Positions 29,407-38,385 are shown, counted from the first letter of the stretch. The stretch: 48,251 bases of DNA from Actinomycetota bacterium (GCA_041191625.1 JBEEON010000030.1:1-48251), one strand, 5' to 3'. Numbers and translations are program-made. The notes: generated by a model from the letters alone, not told the origin.

Positions 29407-29549
29407 GCCGGTGGTGCTGATTCTGGCGCATCTGGCACGTAATGCTGGGCCGTGTGTGGCAGCTCACCTTAATCCGGATCTGCAGGGTTGGGGCGCCCGA
29501 TGAATGCAGGCAAGGTCCAAGATTTATCGCTCTGCAGCTGTAGCTTGTG

Positions 29550-29579
29550 TTGCGCAAATATGTGAGCGTCTTTTACTAT
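29550..29579 (+). promoter_or_regulatory. Putative leaderless promoter of the islet gene
   Basis: TTGCGC-18 nt-TACTAT, then 6 nt to ATG 29586. Confidence 0.5.
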
Positions 29580-29585
29580 TAACAG

Positions 29586-30674
29586 ATGAATAATTTTCCT
29601 GAAAGAGCTCGCATTAGTCGCAACGGATCCACCCTGACGGGCCTTTTTGCGGTTGGTGTGCTTACTATTGGATTCGCCGGGCCGGCTTTTGCAGAGGGGC
29701 AACTCAGCAGCGACACGGGCTTAGCGCTTTCGAGGCTTACTCCAGTCTCGAACACTCAGGCGAGCAAAGTTCTGAGCGATGTTGCTCCTGTGATGGTTGG
29801 AACATCCGGCGACACTGCCATCGACGCGACTGTTGCCGGAATCAATGTTTTGGTCCCGACGAATCCATCTGACCCGATCTCGCTCGAGTCATCTTCAGGC
29901 CAATCGATATCGATCGATTTGCCATTCTCTGGAGTGGCGGACGATGGAGTTTTCGTCACTGAGGGGGTTGTTGCATACTCCAACAACAATTCGACCACCA
30001 CTGCCCCGGTAGTGAAAAATGATGGTTCAATCCAGATTGCGACTGTTATTGAATCCGCGTCTGCCCCTTTGGCTTATGTCTATGAGCTCAACCTCCCCGC
30101 AGGCGCCGAAATTATCTCTTCGGGATCAGCGCTCCTATTCGTAAATGGAGACGAATTTGTGGGCGGAATCGCACCGGCATGGGCGAAAGATGCTGATGGC
30201 AAAGATGTGCCAACCCGATTCGAGGTCTCGGGTACATCGGTCACCCAAATTGTGGAACATCGAAGCGAAGAATATTCTTACCCAATCGTCGCGGACCCCT
30301 GGATTGGAATCGCATTGTTCAGCCGGATCACGGTCGACAGTTACAATTCGCAGCCTAGGGTGAATCTTGACCTCTCAAGTTGGGGATGGGCTGTATGGTC
30401 AGGAGCAGCACAAGGTGGTGGTCTCATGGGGTTCGGAGCTGGACAGGCAATTCTCAACACCGCAGGTTGGGACGAGGCTTGGGGCAGGGGCGGAACAATT
30501 CGAAGCGCGCTCGATAAGCCCAGCCAGCGACAGCAATTCTCCTGCCACGCACTCGGTGCTTTATTTGCGGGAACCTGGAACCTGGAGAAGTTCCGGCCAA
30601 ACCGCACGAATGGGGATTGGGGTTTTGGGGTGGCCGTTCATCACTGCAACTGGGCAACTGCAAACCGCTATTAG
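29586..30674 (+). CDS. Secreted modular protein with a DUF2599-like C-terminal domain
   Basis: Signal peptide (PAFA|EG); middle region DGSIQ...APAWAKDADG...VPT...YPIVADP; C-terminal QQFSCH...TWNLEKFRP...CN resembles DUF2599 as I recall it (not HMM-verified). Confidence 0.75.
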   Translation: MNNFPERARISRNGSTLTGLFAVGVLTIGFAGPAFAEGQLSSDTGLALSRLTPVSNTQASKVLSDVAPVMVGTSGDTAIDATVAGINVLVPTNPSDPISLESSSGQSISIDLPFSGVADDGVFVTEGVVAYSNNNSTTTAPVVKNDGSIQIATVIESASAPLAYVYELNLPAGAEIISSGSALLFVNGDEFVGGIAPAWAKDADGKDVPTRFEVSGTSVTQIVEHRSEEYSYPIVADPWIGIALFSRITVDSYNSQPRVNLDLSSWGWAVWSGAAQGGGLMGFGAGQAILNTAGWDEAWGRGGTIRSALDKPSQRQQFSCHALGALFAGTWNLEKFRPNRTNGDWGFGVAVHHCNWATANRY

Positions 30675-30690
30675 ACGGAAGGGTGTGACA

Positions 30691-31110
30691 TTGGTAACGA
30701 AGCAAACTTCCCCCGACGAGAGCCACTCCCGGCAGTGGCGTAGTGGGGTGGGGGCGATGGCCCTCGTGATGCTTGGGATTATTAGCACCGTGTGGTGGAC
30801 CGCAGGAGGCGTCGAGGTATTTGCCCAACGCACAGTAGGCGATCTTCTAGCTGCAAGTCCAGAGCTGGATCCGATTGAGGCCACAAGTCAGCTTTGTGGT
30901 GATCCGGTTTGTGTCGAGGGGTGGCGCACCAATTTCGGGTCATATCTGCGGTTTGAATCAAGAGGAGAGGCGGAATATTGGGCAACGTTGCTCGGACCTG
31001 AAGGCGTGCAATTAGACACCGTGGTGCTCGATATGCGTGGGCACGATTTAACCTTCGAGCAGCGACGTAAAGCAATCGACGTGCTCTTTTCGACAGAGGA
31101 CTGGTCTTAG
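30691..31110 (+). CDS. Small membrane-anchored hypothetical protein (candidate immunity/partner)
   Basis: GGAAGG precedes TTG 30691 (or GTG 30685); one N-terminal TM helix, then an extracellular domain with CGDPVC; 16 nt downstream of the preceding stop. Confidence 0.7.
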   Translation: MVTKQTSPDESHSRQWRSGVGAMALVMLGIISTVWWTAGGVEVFAQRTVGDLLAASPELDPIEATSQLCGDPVCVEGWRTNFGSYLRFESRGEAEYWATLLGPEGVQLDTVVLDMRGHDLTFEQRRKAIDVLFSTEDWS

Positions 31111-31293
31111 ATACAGAGGCATTTCGTAAGGCGAAATTGCGCGTTAAGTTGGAACTTGCTATCCCCGTGTTCGACGTCGTTCAGGTGGGCTCAGTTCGAT
31201 ATCGGCCATCCCGAATATCAAATTTTCGGCCAATTTTCGTCAAAATTGTCGATTATGTTCGTTTCAGCGAACATATCGTGGCATACTGAAAGC

Positions 31294-31347
31294 GACCTTT
31301 TCGAAGGGGGTCTGAAGAGCCGGGGATTAGTCCCCGGCTCTTTATTT
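31294..31347 (+). ncRNA. Candidate small structured RNA or leader (two hairpins, terminator-like end)
   Basis: TGgCATACT extended -10 at 31279-31287, hairpin GACCTTT-TCGAA-GGGGGTC, then perfect 12-bp AAGAGCCGGGGA-TTAG-TCCCCGGCTCTT followed by TATTT. Confidence 0.35.
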
Positions 31348-31385
31348 ATGCCTGGAACACATCTCATCGCACTCGTGAAGATGCA

Positions 31386-31423
31386 ACAAGGCCCGCCCAC
31401 GGAACACCATGGACGGGCCTTGT
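31386..31423 (-). terminator. aspS terminator
   Basis: Minus-strand hairpin ACAAGGCCCGTCCATGG-TGTT-CCGTGGGCGGGCCTTGT, 13 nt after the stop. Confidence 0.7.
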
Positions 31424-31436
31424 CACACTAAACCGA

Positions 31437-32777
31437 TTACGGCAGCAGGCGGTTGGGTCCGCGGAACAGGTACGTCGTCTCGCGGATCGACGGCAGCCCC
31501 AACATCAGCATGAGGAAACGGGCCAGTCCCATACCGAACCCACCGTGCGGGGGCACGCCGTGACGGAAGAAGTCAAGGTAGAAGTCGAGTTCTTCGGGGT
31601 CGAGTCCCTTTTCGCGGGCCTGCTCGATGAGCACGTCGACACGGTGTTCGCGCTGCGCGCCGGTCGAGATCTCGGTGCCGTTATAGATGAGGTCGTACGA
31701 GTTCGTCAGTTCGCCGTTGCCCTCGTGACGCATGTGATAGAACGGGCGAATGTTCGTGAAATAGTCGGTGACGAACACAAAGTCGTGGCCGAGTTCTTCT
31801 TTCACATAGGCCGACAGTTGGCGTTCGCCCTCGGGGTCGAGGTCGCCGTCCGCGCGGGGAACGGTGTAGCCGCGGGCAGCCAGAATCTCGTGCGCTGTGG
31901 CCAGGGGAATGCGAGGGAACGGCAAGGAGGGAACTTCGAGTTCGATGCCGTAGGCCGAGGCGATGGCGTCGCCATGCTTTTCCTTCACCGCGGTGAGGCC
32001 GGCGACGATCACGGCTTCGTGCATGGCCATGACGTCCTCGTGCGATTCCACCCACGACATTTCGGCGTCAACCGAGGTGAACTCGGTGGCGTGACGCGAC
32101 GTGAACGAGGGGTCGGCGCGGAATGCCGGGCCGATTTCAAAGATTGCACCGAAGCCGGCGGGCTGGGCCATCTGCTTGAAGAACTGGGGGCTCTGAGCCA
32201 GGTACGCCTTGGTGTCGAAGTAGTCCATTTCGAACAGTTCGGCACGCGATTCCGAAGCGGATGCCATCAGTTTGGGGGTGTGCAGTTCGATGAAGTCGTT
32301 GTCGACCCACCAGCAACGCAGTGCGTGTTCGAAGGTGGTCTGGATGCGGAAGATCAGGTTTGCGTCGGGGCGGCGCAGGTCGAGGAAGCGCCAGTCCATG
32401 CGCTTGTCCACGCTGGAGTCCTCGGCGATGGGGGGTTCGGGCTGTGCCTCGGTGACGACGGTGAGTGCCGAAATTTTGATCTCGAGTCCGCCCAGTTTGA
32501 CGCGCTCGTCGGCCTTCAGCTCGCCGGTGACGCGAATGAATGTGCCTGCGTTGAGTGCCGAGATGGTCTCGGTCACCGCCAGACGTTCGGCCGAATCGGG
32601 GGCTTCTGCGTCCAATTCGCGGACAGCAGGGTTCACCAGCTGCACTGCACCGGACTCGTCGCGCAGGATCACGAACTGGACCTTTTTCTGGTCACGGACC
32701 GTATCGACCCAACCGGCAACCTCTACGGGGCCATCGGGCAAAGCGGACAGAGCGGAAACGCGGGTACGAGTGGTCAT
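31437..32777 (-). CDS. aspS: Aspartate--tRNA(Asp/Asn) ligase, archaeal/eukaryotic type
   Basis: OB fold (GWVDTVRD...FVILRD), RFLDLR, LAQSPQFFKQ, GPAFRAD...RHATEF, GAQREH, HGVPPHGGFGMG; 446 aa, no bacterial GAD insertion. Confidence 0.9.
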   Translation of the reverse strand: MTTRTRVSALSALPDGPVEVAGWVDTVRDQKKVQFVILRDESGAVQLVNPAVRELDAEAPDSAERLAVTETISALNAGTFIRVTGELKADERVKLGGLEIKISALTVVTEAQPEPPIAEDSSVDKRMDWRFLDLRRPDANLIFRIQTTFEHALRCWWVDNDFIELHTPKLMASASESRAELFEMDYFDTKAYLAQSPQFFKQMAQPAGFGAIFEIGPAFRADPSFTSRHATEFTSVDAEMSWVESHEDVMAMHEAVIVAGLTAVKEKHGDAIASAYGIELEVPSLPFPRIPLATAHEILAARGYTVPRADGDLDPEGERQLSAYVKEELGHDFVFVTDYFTNIRPFYHMRHEGNGELTNSYDLIYNGTEISTGAQREHRVDVLIEQAREKGLDPEELDFYLDFFRHGVPPHGGFGMGLARFLMLMLGLPSIRETTYLFRGPNRLLP

Positions 32778-32842
32778 AGTGCCCAAGTTTACCCAGCCGT
32801 GGAACGGAATTCGTGCCGATGCTGGCTGGGTAGACTGGGGTT

Positions 32843-33490
32843 GTGACTGCCGACTACGTGCACCTCGTGCGACACGGTGAGGTCAACAACCCGAAGGGCA
32901 TCCTCTATGGGCAGCTTCCCGGGTACGGCCTCACTGATTTTGGGCGCACCCTCGCCGAAAACTCGACCGAGTTGTTGGCCGACGTTCAGGTCGTGAAGCT
33001 GGTGGTCAGTCCTCTGCAACGTGCCCGTGAGTCGGTGGAACCGTGGGAGGACCGCACGGGTTTGACTGCAATCATCGACGAGCGCGTGATCGAACCGTGG
33101 AACGACTTTGAGGGCCTCAATTTGCGTCGAGGCGCCACCATCGCGCGCAACCCCAGACTGTGGCTGTCCGTCTGGAACCCGTTCCGTCCGTCGTGGGGCG
33201 AACCGTATTCCTCCATCGCGAATCGCATGATTGAGGCAATTCGCGAGGCCGCCGATTCGGTTCCCTCGGGCCACGTGGTGATCGTCAGTCACCAGTTGCC
33301 CATCTGGATGGCGCACCGCCGGATCAACCGCCAGCCTCTGTGGCACAACCCATCCCGCCGTCGCTGTTCGCTGTCGTCAATCACGTCGTTTCGCGTGGAC
33401 GACACCGTGAATGGCGAGTACGAACTGGTCGAGGTGGATTATCAGGAACCGCGTGGGTCGAACCGCGCACGGGATTTAGGAGCCGTCTGA
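32843..33490 (+). CDS. Histidine phosphatase (phosphoglycerate mutase) family protein
   Basis: HLVRHGEV, SPLQRARES, PSWGEPY, VSHQLPIW; usual partner upstream of resA/ccdA. Confidence 0.9.
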   Translation: MTADYVHLVRHGEVNNPKGILYGQLPGYGLTDFGRTLAENSTELLADVQVVKLVVSPLQRARESVEPWEDRTGLTAIIDERVIEPWNDFEGLNLRRGATIARNPRLWLSVWNPFRPSWGEPYSSIANRMIEAIREAADSVPSGHVVIVSHQLPIWMAHRRINRQPLWHNPSRRRCSLSSITSFRVDDTVNGEYELVEVDYQEPRGSNRARDLGAV

Positions 33491-34089
33491 TGCGTCGCAT
33501 GGGTCGTATGGTGTCCGTCGCTGTCATGGCGAGCGCACTGGTGTTGACCGGTTGTTCGACAAGCGACAACCTCGCCGAACAGTTCCGTCAGGGTGACAAC
33601 AAAAACTTCATTTCGGGCGATGGCGCGTACACGGTTATTTCCGAGGAAAACCGGGCGGCGCCCATCGAATTCGAGTCCACGTTGACCGACGGAACACCCG
33701 TGTCCGCGGCCGATTACCGAGGCTCGGTGCTGGTCGTCAACTTCTGGTATTCCTCGTGCCCACCGTGTCGGCTCGAGGCCCCGGACCTCGCGGCGCTCGC
33801 CACCGAATTCGAGGGTCAGCCGGTGCAATTCTTGGGCGTCAATGTGTACGACGGAGCAGAAGCCGCAACCGCGTTCGAAGAAACCTTCGGCATTCCGTAC
33901 CCCTCGGTTCTCGATGTGGGAACGGGTGCCGTCCGGCTCGCGTTTGCGGGTGAGGTTCCGCCCAATGCAGTTCCCGTGACTCTGGTGTTGGACACCGAGG
34001 GCCGTGTCGCCGCTCGAATTTCGGGACGCATCACCGAGCCCTCGATTCTGCGCGGCATGATCGACGACCGACTCGCGGAGGCTTCGTGA
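33490..34089 (+). CDS. resA: TlpA/ResA thiol-disulfide oxidoreductase lipoprotein
   Basis: Lipobox LTGC, VVNFWYSSCPPCRLEAP, VPVTLVLD. ATG overlaps the upstream TGA. Confidence 0.88.
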   Translation: MRRMGRMVSVAVMASALVLTGCSTSDNLAEQFRQGDNKNFISGDGAYTVISEENRAAPIEFESTLTDGTPVSAADYRGSVLVVNFWYSSCPPCRLEAPDLAALATEFEGQPVQFLGVNVYDGAEAATAFEETFGIPYPSVLDVGTGAVRLAFAGEVPPNAVPVTLVLDTEGRVAARISGRITEPSILRGMIDDRLAEAS

Positions 34090-34838
34090 CCCCCGACGCC
34101 GTCGGCTCAATCATCTTCTCGGGTGACTTCAGTGCCGCACTGCCGTTGGCGTTCCTCGCCGGCCTGTTGGCATTTGTGTCCCCCTGCGTACTTCCGCTGA
34201 TCCCCGGCTATCTGGCGTATATCGGGGGAGTCAGCCTGACCGGCGAAAATTCGCGTGCCGACCGACGCCGTGTGCTCGTGGGAATGCTCGGGTTCGTGGC
34301 GGGATTTGGTGCGGTGTTCATTTCGCTGTCGATCGTTTTTGGCACGCTCGGGCTGGTTCTCACACCGTGGCTGGACCTGATTTTGCGGGTATCCGGTGTG
34401 GTGGTCATCATCATGGGCGTCGTGTTCATGGGCGGAATGCCGTTCCTGCAGCGCGATGTCCTTCCGGGCTGGAAAACCCGAGCCGGAATTTGGGGGGCGC
34501 CGTTCCTCGGTGTCGTCTTTGCGCTGGGGTGGGTTCCCTGTGTGGGGCCGACGCTGGTCGCCGTTCAAACCCTGGCGTTGGATTCCGCCAGCCTGCCGCG
34601 CGCTGCGGCGCTGGGTGTGGCGTACTGGTTGGGTCTGGCCGTTCCGTTCGTGCTCGTCGCGGTGTTGTTGCACCGTGCCAGCGCGACACTGAACTGGCTG
34701 AAGCGCAATGTTCGCACAATCAACATCGTCGGCGGCGCCGTGTTGGTTCTCATCGGTGTGCTGATGGTCAGCGGACTGTGGCGTGCCGCCGTGACATGGA
34801 TGGGGGTGACGTTCAGTGGTTTCTCGCTCTTCCTCTGA
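34086..34838 (+). CDS. ccdA: Cytochrome c biogenesis protein CcdA
   Basis: FVSPCVLPLIPGYL and GWVPCVGP cysteine motifs; about 6 TM helices. Confidence 0.94.
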   Translation: MTPDAVGSIIFSGDFSAALPLAFLAGLLAFVSPCVLPLIPGYLAYIGGVSLTGENSRADRRRVLVGMLGFVAGFGAVFISLSIVFGTLGLVLTPWLDLILRVSGVVVIIMGVVFMGGMPFLQRDVLPGWKTRAGIWGAPFLGVVFALGWVPCVGPTLVAVQTLALDSASLPRAAALGVAYWLGLAVPFVLVAVLLHRASATLNWLKRNVRTINIVGGAVLVLIGVLMVSGLWRAAVTWMGVTFSGFSLFL

Positions 34839-36474
34839 CGAGTCCGGAATTGACATTTCGGCGGGTGATCGCGTCGCCGGCCAACCCGCCGACCTCGCAG
34901 CCGACAACACGTTCGACGAACCCGGCGCGCCGCACAAGGACCGCAACCGTGGCGCCGTCCTGAACCCCAAGCTGGGTCTCGTGGGGACCGGCCGTTTCGT
35001 GTGGCGACTTCTGACCTCGATGCGAACCGCCCTGGTTCTGCTGGTCATGTTGGCGGTTGCCGCAATCCCCGGTTCGCTGGTGCCGCAGCGTTCGAGTGAC
35101 CCCAACGGCGTCGTCCAGTTCAAGGCCAATAACCCCGAACTGTTCGACATTTATGAATCGTTCAAGCTCTTTGACACGTACAGCTCGCCCTGGTTCTCGG
35201 CCATTTACCTGTTGCTGTTCGTGTCGTTGATCGGCTGCATCCTGCCGCGCATCGCCCACCACTGGCGCGTTCTGCGGCAGGACCCGCCCGCCGCCCCGAA
35301 ATCTTTTGCGCGCCTCGAGGTGAACACGGATGTTCCCGCACCGGACGGACTGGAGGTCGCGCTGACCGCCGCAGAATTGGCGTTGCGTCGGTCCAGGTAC
35401 CGCGTCGTGCGCGAGGGCAACACTCTGCGCGCCGAGCGCGGGTATCTGCGCGAGACGGGCAACCTCGTGTTCCACGTTGCTCTGGTGGGGATCCTGTTTT
35501 CTGTCGGATTTGCCAGCGGCTTCGGGTGGTCCGGCCAGCGCATCATCGTCGAGGGCCAGGCCTTTACGAACCAGCTGTCGTCCTACGAGACCTTTAACCC
35601 CGGACGTTTCTTTGACGAACAGGGTCTCGAGCCCTACGCCGTTCAACTCAATTCGTTTGTGCCCGAGTACAAGCTGGATCTCGTCAAAAATTCGTGGATG
35701 CCCATCGACTTCACCGCCGATGTCACCGTGACCGACGAGACCGGTTCGCGCGACGCGGTGCTCAAGGTTAACGACCCACTGACCGTCGGCGGTTCGACGA
35801 TGTACCTGTTGGGAAACGGTTTTGCCCCGGTCATCACCGTTCGTGACGGTGACGGAAACGTGGTGTTCAGCCAGCCCGTGTCGTTCCTCAGCCAGGACGC
35901 CAACCTCACCAGTGTCGGCGTGGTCAAGGTGCCCGACGGGTTGACCGAGCAGCTGGGAATGAAGGGGTTCTTCTACCCCACGGCGACCAAACTCGACAGC
36001 GGCGCCTTGACGTCGTCGAACCCCAACCCCGACAAGCCGACCGTCACGTTCAACGTGTACACGGGTGACCTCGGGCTGGGAGGCGGCGCTGCGGCGAATG
36101 TTTTCGAACTCAACACCGACGACATGAAACAGATCGCGGGCAACCACACCGACGTCAAGGTTGTGCTGGGGCTCGGCGACTCGGTGACGCTTCCCGGCGG
36201 ACTGGGGTCGGTGGAATTCACCGAACTGCGCCGATTCATCGGCGTGGATATTCGTCACGACCCCACACAGTTGGGCGTGGGATTGGCGACGGCATTCGCC
36301 ATCGGGGGATTGCTGATTAGTTTTGGCACCCGCCGACGTCGTGTCTGGGTTGTCGGAAAGTCACTGGCCAAGGGGGAAATCCTGCGCTGGGGCGCCCAGT
36401 CTCGCAGTGAGGACCCCGGGCTGGTCGGCTCCGTGGACCGGATAATTGAGGCCGCGGCAACGCGGGTAAGGTAA
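34816..36474 (+). CDS. resB: Cytochrome c biogenesis protein ResB
   Basis: WRLLTSMRTALVLL, GSLVPQR, YSSPWFSAIYLLL, LIGC, GNLVFH, VNDPL, HDP. Start approximate. Confidence 0.92.
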   Translation: MVSRSSSDESGIDISAGDRVAGQPADLAADNTFDEPGAPHKDRNRGAVLNPKLGLVGTGRFVWRLLTSMRTALVLLVMLAVAAIPGSLVPQRSSDPNGVVQFKANNPELFDIYESFKLFDTYSSPWFSAIYLLLFVSLIGCILPRIAHHWRVLRQDPPAAPKSFARLEVNTDVPAPDGLEVALTAAELALRRSRYRVVREGNTLRAERGYLRETGNLVFHVALVGILFSVGFASGFGWSGQRIIVEGQAFTNQLSSYETFNPGRFFDEQGLEPYAVQLNSFVPEYKLDLVKNSWMPIDFTADVTVTDETGSRDAVLKVNDPLTVGGSTMYLLGNGFAPVITVRDGDGNVVFSQPVSFLSQDANLTSVGVVKVPDGLTEQLGMKGFFYPTATKLDSGALTSSNPNPDKPTVTFNVYTGDLGLGGGAAANVFELNTDDMKQIAGNHTDVKVVLGLGDSVTLPGGLGSVEFTELRRFIGVDIRHDPTQLGVGLATAFAIGGLLISFGTRRRRVWVVGKSLAKGEILRWGAQSRSEDPGLVGSVDRIIEAAATRVR

Positions 36475-36481
36475 AAACGTC

Positions 36482-37357
36482 ATGACAGAACTCGCTGCGA
36501 TCTCGCTTCTGGCCACCTATTCCACGATGGCGGTCTATACGCTCTCGTTCATCCTGTTCGCCGTGGACCTCGCGCTGCGTTCGGATTCCGATGCGGGCGT
36601 GCTGCCCACGCGGTGGTTGCGCAGCGCCATGGCGTTGCTGGTGTTGGGATGGGCTTTGCACGGTTTTGCGACCATCACCCGCGGTCTGGCCGCAAGTCGT
36701 GTGCCGTGGGCCAATATGTTCGAATTCGGTCTGACCGCGACTTTTGTTCTGGTGGGTGTGTTCCTCGGTTTGCAACTGTGGCGTGATGTGCGATTCGTCG
36801 GGGCCTTTGTGTCGGGCTTCGCCCTGCTGGCCCTCGGAATCGTCACCGTCAATTTCTATGTTGACGTGGTCCCGCTGCCGCCCGCGCTGCAGTCCTACTG
36901 GCTGGTCATCCATGTGTGTGTTGCTGTCCTCGGCACCGGCTTTTTTGCCTCGGCCGCCGCGCTGTCGATGGCCCAGATCTTCCAGGAACTCCGCGAGGAG
37001 GGCAAGGTTCAGGGGCGCAACTGGGCGTTCCTGCGGGCTTTCCCCGCCGCAACTATGTTGGAATCGCTGGCCTACCGCATCAACGTGGTCGGATTCGTTC
37101 TGTGGACGTTCACCCTCGTCGCCGGGGCCATCTGGGCGGAACGCGCATGGGGTCGTTACTGGGGATGGGACACCAAAGAGGTCTGGACCTTCATCATCTG
37201 GATTCTGTTCGCCGCCTATATTCACTCGCGTGCTACCCGTGGTTGGCGCGGTCGTTCAGCGGCAATCCTGTCGCTCGTCGCGTTCAGCGCCGTGATCTTT
37301 AACTACTCGATCGTGAACATGTTCTTCAAGGGGTTGCACGTTTACTCGGGCCTGTAG
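36482..37357 (+). CDS. ccsB: Cytochrome c biogenesis protein CcsB/ResC
   Basis: PWANMFE, PALQSYWLVIH, WWD domain GAIWAERAWGRYWGWDTKE, terminal GLHVY. Confidence 0.95.
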   Translation: MTELAAISLLATYSTMAVYTLSFILFAVDLALRSDSDAGVLPTRWLRSAMALLVLGWALHGFATITRGLAASRVPWANMFEFGLTATFVLVGVFLGLQLWRDVRFVGAFVSGFALLALGIVTVNFYVDVVPLPPALQSYWLVIHVCVAVLGTGFFASAAALSMAQIFQELREEGKVQGRNWAFLRAFPAATMLESLAYRINVVGFVLWTFTLVAGAIWAERAWGRYWGWDTKEVWTFIIWILFAAYIHSRATRGWRGRSAAILSLVAFSAVIFNYSIVNMFFKGLHVYSGL

Positions 37358-38349
37358 GCCGAAGTCAACAGCGCGTGTACTCGGCCGATTCGATCGACCC
37401 ACCAGTCGCGGCGATCGGGTGCAGCGGCAAACCGCGCACACAGTTCGTCGTCGACGGTGACGTCGCGCAATTCGATGGTGCCGTTCACGGCGACCAGAGG
37501 CTCGCGTGTCACATCCCCCGCCAACAGCGATGCTGTCGCAAGCCCGCAATCGAATTCCAGTTGGGGAATCCGAGCCGCCAAATCCAGTCCCGCGGCCAAA
37601 CCGACCGAGGATTCCAACGCGCTCGACACGACGACGGGCAACCCCGTCTGTTCGATGATGTCGAGTGCCGCGGTGACGCCACCCAGAGGCGCGCATTTGA
37701 TGACGAGGATGTCCGCCGCACCGCTGCGTGCTACGGCCAGTGGGTCGGCGGCCTTGCGCACGCTCTCGTCGGCCGCAATGAGAATCCCCATGCGATGAAT
37801 TCGTCCGCGTAATTCGGCCAATTCGGGCACGCTGGCGCAGGGCTGTTCCACATATTCCAGGTCGAACCGTTCCATCGCGCGTAACGCGTGCTCGGCCTCG
37901 TCCACATTCCACGCGCCGTTCGCGTCTATACGGATGCGGCCCTCGGCCCCCAAGTATTTGCGGGTCGCTGCCACGCGTGCGACGTCATCGGCGAGGGTTT
38001 GTCCTCGTTCCGCGACCTTGATTTTGACCGTCCGGCAGGGACCGAACAGATCCAAGATCCCCGGGACATGGTCGACGGGGACGGCGGGAAGTGTGGCGTT
38101 GACCGGGATGACCGTGCGAACCCGGTCGGCTCTCGCCGTCGATGGGCCCCAGCCTTGGTCAAGTGTGGCGCGCAGCCATTCGACGGCTTCGGCATCGTCG
38201 TATTCGGTGAAGGGCGCGAACTCGGCCCACCCGCGCGGGCCGCGAACCAGCGCCGTTTCTCGCACGCTCACACCGCGGAAAGTGGCCTTCATGGGCAACG
38301 CCACGACTCGCAGTTCGGCCAACACTTCACTCACGCTGGGAAAGCTCAT
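37342..38349 (-). CDS. menC: o-succinylbenzoate synthase
   Basis: FRGVSVRE, EFAPF, PVNAT, KIKVA, IDANG, YVEQP, AADESVR, KCAPLGG, VSSALES, CGLAT. Confidence 0.93.
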   Translation of the reverse strand: MSFPSVSEVLAELRVVALPMKATFRGVSVRETALVRGPRGWAEFAPFTEYDDAEAVEWLRATLDQGWGPSTARADRVRTVIPVNATLPAVPVDHVPGILDLFGPCRTVKIKVAERGQTLADDVARVAATRKYLGAEGRIRIDANGAWNVDEAEHALRAMERFDLEYVEQPCASVPELAELRGRIHRMGILIAADESVRKAADPLAVARSGAADILVIKCAPLGGVTAALDIIEQTGLPVVVSSALESSVGLAAGLDLAARIPQLEFDCGLATASLLAGDVTREPLVAVNGTIELRDVTVDDELCARFAAAPDRRDWWVDRIGRVHALLTSAYRPE

Positions 38350-38385
38350 GTCACAAACCTAGTCCGCCCTCGGTAACCTTGAGCC

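Larger units (their letters stand above)
29407..31385. other. Low-GC accessory islet at the 3' end of tRNA-Ser
   Basis: Hand counts: 25/60 G+C at 29521-29580 and 28/60 at 30001-30060, versus 41/60 at 28081-28140 in radA. No integrase or att repeat found. Confidence 0.7.

Noticed and set aside
29208-29438. 77-aa N-terminal extension of RadA in the ORF track
   Set aside because: It runs antisense through tRNA-Ser and its terminator; the zinc finger and -10 element put the start at 29207.
29453-29468. CRP/GlxR-like site TGTGT-N6-TCACC
   Set aside because: Two mismatches in ten positions and far from the candidate promoter; not distinguishable from chance.
31254-31275. Possible LexA SOS box (GTTCG and CGAAC half-sites)
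   Set aside because: The half-sites are in the opposite order and spacing to the actinobacterial CGAAC-N4-GTTCG consensus; kept only as an unassigned inverted repeat.
31156-31431. 91-aa ORF at the islet end
   Set aside because: TTG start without an RBS, crosses several hairpins and the aspS terminator, and has no protein-like features.
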